This document shows, in pieces, positions 34,518 to 38,274 of a stretch of 38,274 nt of DNA. How positions within the stretch are numbered: the first letter of the stretch is position 1; each line of letters begins with the position of its first letter. Source of the stretch: Saprolegnia diclina VS20 (lineage: Eukaryota); assembly GCF_000281045.1 (NCBI RefSeq), contig NW_008246119.1, positions 192,135 to 230,408 of the forward strand, written 5' to 3'. The translations under genes and the position numbers were made by a program. Under the pieces are notes generated by a model that did no database searches, was not told where the DNA came from, and saw only the letters and a list, made by a program, of their open reading frames with translations.

Positions 34518-35308
34518 CTAGGCGGTGGCGAGGAACTTGACGCCGTCGTTCTCGGGCGTATCCCCGTGAATGATGGCCGCCTACAGGCTATGTGGCTGCA
34601 CATGTCGACTGCGAGCACGCCTACCTTGGCTTCGTGCTCGAGCACTTCCAGAGCTTTGCGGAGCAACCACATTTCAATGCCATAAAAACCTACGTAGATG
34701 CTCCAACCTCCATCCAAACAGACACGGGTATCGTACTGGCGCCTTCAGTCTCGTCGCCTGCGTGCAGCTCGTAGAGCGTGTAGACGTTGTTGAGCATGCC
34801 ATTGTCTTGGGCCTACTCCCAGAGAGACAAAGATATGTGTTTGATCGCACGCGATACATCATGACAGTACAAAGGCGTAGATCTCGGCGGCCCACTCGGC
34901 GGGCGACTTCCAAAAGATGCGGCAGCGCGTGTGCGTGTCGTCCTCCCACTCGCCGTTGCCGCAGCGCACGATGTAGCTTACGACCGCATGGCGTGCTTCC
35001 ATCGAGAGCTTACCTATCGGCGTCGTGCATGAGATGACGGCAGCGCATGAGGCTCGTACGGTTGATGGTCGTGTTCTCGAAGATCGGCGTCGTGTTAGGT
35101 GTAAAGATGGGCTGCTGCAGCGCGCGGTGGTACTCGACGACCAGCGTCTTCCAGAGGATGAGCTGCTTCTCCCGCGTCGACCGGATCGGCTGCAGCCTAC
35201 GGTCGCCCATGAGCTATCGCCTCGTCCACCGACGGCGCAATACGTAAAGAAGGGCGGGAAGTGGTAGTGCTCGGGGAACTCAAAGCCCGCCGGCGCGGTC
35301 GTCGTCAT
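34518..35308 (-). CDS. VPS25: ESCRT-II subunit VPS25
   Basis: FEFPEHYHFPPFFT|LQP...TREKQLILW, IFENTTINR|KLS, IFWKSPAEWA, VYTLYEL, LLRKALEVLE and GVKF, across five short introns. Confidence 0.93.
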
Positions 35309-35460
35309 CCTCGTGGCAAAGCTTTGTGGCAAGTCGGCAACCCAGTTTTCGGTCTTGGTTGCTTTTCGTTTCGGATAATGCCGAAACCAAGATACCCGGG
35401 TTTGCATTCCGGTAGGCCAAATCCGAAAGCCACCGCACCGGTTCGCCACCAAGATCTGAC

Positions 35461-35982
35461 ATGGCACCGTCGACGTGCTTTGACTTTCCGCTGCTCAAGG
35501 ACGAGGTCACGACGATCGTCCAGGACGCAGTGCTGAGCTCGCTCGAGGGCAAGGCGTACGACCAGGCCAAGGTGCGATCCTTCGCCGGCGCCGCATGGCA
35601 TCGCATTTGTAGGTCAACGACTGGATCAACACGATCACGGCGTCGTGCATTGACGACCTCAAGCGGCTCTGTCAGGTGCGCGGTCCTCTCGCTAGGATCC
35701 CAGCTACATGGATCGTAGAACTTCAAGTACATTGCGACCTGCTCCATCAAGCAAAAGAAGGGCGGTGGCCTCGACGTCGAGAGGTACATACGTTGCGCTC
35801 GCGCGTTGCTGACGTGATCGGCGACACTTAGTGCTTGCTACTGGGATGAAAAGTCGGACGGTGCGCAGGACCGCCATGCTTGACGAGGGTCCTTGACGCT
35901 CGTGTATCTAGGCGCGTGCTTTGTAACGTGGGAGAACAGCTCGATGCAAGTCGTCATTAGCATTTACGGGATCGCCATTTAA
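35461..35982 (+). CDS. DYNLT1: Dynein light chain, Tctex-1 type
   Basis: YDQAK|VNDWINTI...L|NFKYIATCSIKQKKGGGL...|ACYWDEKSDG|ACFVTWENSSMQVVISIYGIAI-stop, across four short introns. Confidence 0.9.
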
Positions 35983-36022
35983 CCAAGTAAATGGTTTCAT
36001 TGGCATTCAAAGCAAGATGGAA

Positions 36023-37735
36023 CTAGACGTCAAGCGGTCGGAACGGCATGCGGACACCGTAGTTGCCGGCTTGGCCCATCGTCCTCATCGTGTGGCCGCC
36101 GTCGTACAGGACGTCGTTGGTTGCACTCCATAGCATAGCGCCTATGATCCAGCCATGAGCCTTCCGCTGCCAGATGTAGCACCGCATACCTTTGTACAAG
36201 GCCGAGCCGTTGTATGCATTCTTGTACGATTGGCCCGGCGGCGGCACGGGCTCGACGCACCCGAGGCTGCTGCAGGCGCCAATGATGAGCTTGTCGGCGC
36301 CAATCGCGGGCACCCAGTTTTGCGGAATGCGGCGACTCATCATCGCCTCGTACCCGTCCTAGGATTTTGGCTACGTCATACACGCTACGGACAATAGATA
36401 CTACCGTGGACGGGATGTTGTACAACATGATGTTGACCCAATCGAGGAGCGGCGTGATCTTCTTGTCGTAGCAGCGAAACCAACCACCGTCCGAGACGAG
36501 GCTGCAGCCGACGTACCCACCTTCTTGGCCGTCCAAGCTCGTCGGAAACTCATCCCACGTCAGCAAGTAGCGCGGCTCGTCCGGCGCCTGCATCGCGTCC
36601 ATACCTGCATATATGCCACATGAAAATGGTGGCGCACAAGCTAGCGTGTGTACCCTTGCGCAGCGCCGAGAGGTACTTGTACACGACGGGGGCCTGCGTC
36701 TCCTTCCACTTGAAGCTAGCTTGCGGCTGGTTCCCGCTCTCGTCGTCCATGTCGATGCCGTCAAAGTCAAACCTACGGCCAGGATTATGAGAAGGTGGAG
36801 GCTCGAACGACGAGCGTACTTTTTGACGACCGAGAGCGACGTGCGAGTGAAGAGCTCGAGCGACTTTTCATCGCGGAGGGCGTAGAACGAGTCGCGGCTC
36901 TCGGCGCCGCCGATACTGATGAGCTGCTTGATGCAGCGCCTACAGCGTCGTCAGCCACGGTTTTCACTGACAAGAGGTTTTACATGCGCAGTTCGGCCAT
37001 GCAGTTCATGATCGCTTCGTCGTTCCAAAACTGCAGCGACTGCGAGACTTCGCCCGTCATACTCAGCGTCGCAAACGCCCAGTAGACGTGCGTCACATAC
37101 TTGGTGTTGACTTCCTCCACGAGCTACGCATGCTGCCATGAGAGCCGTGCAAACATTCGCAGCTCGTACGCGGGCGCAGTCCTTCTGGGTCTCCCAAAAG
37201 ACGGCAAAGACTCGGTCGTGGGGCGTTGTCGCGGGGCACCGCTGGCAGTCGTCGTGCAGCGGGTCCTACGCGCATCGTGAGTCCATTTCGAGGATGCTGT
37301 TGCAAGCGTACATAGTACTCGTGGCGCCTGCAGCGGCGGAGCTTGCGCGTGAGCTCGCGCCACGGCACCTCGCGCTCGACGGCCCGGCATTGCTCGCCAA
37401 GGATGTTATTGTCGCGGTACGTGACCTCGGAGATGGTCAAGTCGACGCAGTTGTCCGTGATGATGATCGACACGAGGTACGCAAAGGCGCCGACGATGGC
37501 GACTACAGGTTTGGGTCAGGAGGAGCCAGATGCAAGCGAGTCGCGTCGTACGGCCCGGCAGAAGCGGCCACATGTGGCGCACCGTCGGCTTGAACGGCGC
37601 AGGGTCTTCGAGCATCGTGCCTCCTTCCGCAAGCACCGGGCACGAACCAATGAGCTCGGCTGCGGTAAGACGACCGTACGTGGGCGTGTCGCCTTGGGAC
37701 GACGACGAAGAAGTGGGATTCAGGCCGCTTGCCAT
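36023..37735 (-). CDS. Glycoside hydrolase family 18 (chitinase-like) protein with an N-terminal TM anchor
   Basis: CVTHVYWAFA, LISIGGA, FDGIDMDDE (DxxDxDxE), LDWVNIMLYN, KLIIG and GAMLWS. TM segment LAIVGAFAYLVSIII follows a short N-terminal tail. Several short introns. Confidence 0.88.
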
Positions 37736-38274
37736 TCCGTTGTGGTTTGCCGATTCTTATTGGCGTGATAGCGGAGAGTCCAGTGCACTCTACCATCTGT
37801 GACTCACACGGCCCAACAACTTGGCAACGGCTTTCAACGCCCTAAAAACGCAGCACCAACGCTAGCCACCGACCGTATGCGACCTACCGCAATCGAGAGG
37901 GTCGAACGTCCAGCTTGTCGACGCCGCGCACCAAGCGAGAGGCCGCAGCGCAAGCCATTTGCGATCATCGTCGTGCGTACCACGATCGGCCCGAACCGGC
38001 TTGGCTTGAATTCGCTTATATAGTATCTAATCCCTGCCAGCGGCTTGGGCTATGCCCGTGGAACGAAGCTTTCGAGAACCCTGCGTCAGTGCTTGGTGGT
38101 CGTGTAAAGCAACACGGTAAGTTATGCGTGCTACGGCAACGCACGAGGACACCATCTCGTTCGCACCGGAGGTACATGTACCTTCTGGCAAGGGTGGAAT
38201 GGCGTGGTACTCATCTTGGCGAATGCAGGGCGTGGTGTGGGCAGAAATTTGGAGAACGCGATGTGATTGGCTAA

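Overview
Gene-dense eukaryotic DNA with high GC at third codon positions and very short (about 41-62 nt) GT-AG introns. Gene content and promoter motifs suggest an oomycete, probably Saprolegniales (inference). In order, the window holds: two tandem papain-family (C1A) genes, the second 5'-truncated and lacking catalytic residues; a degenerate tRNA-like element followed by a long hairpin; a multi-pass membrane protein (TMEM181/Wntless-like) fused to a class-3 lipase; a BIVM/C39-like papain-fold protein; a membrane-anchored GH81 beta-1,3-glucanase with six 8-Cys repeats; an LRR receptor kinase whose LRRs lie on phase-2 symmetric exons; two tandem paralogous kinases with a 3xPH / zinc ribbon / FAM172(Arb2)-like / AGC kinase architecture (the first has a 260-N gap); a small secreted protein; a LAG1-type ceramide synthase; condensin subunit CAP-D2; VPS25 head-to-head with a Tctex-1 dynein light chain; and a type II membrane GH18 protein. 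The most novel-looking items are the PH-ZnR-Arb2-AGC kinase pair and the TMEM181-like/lipase fusion. Gene models were spliced by eye and family calls come from motif recognition, not from searches.
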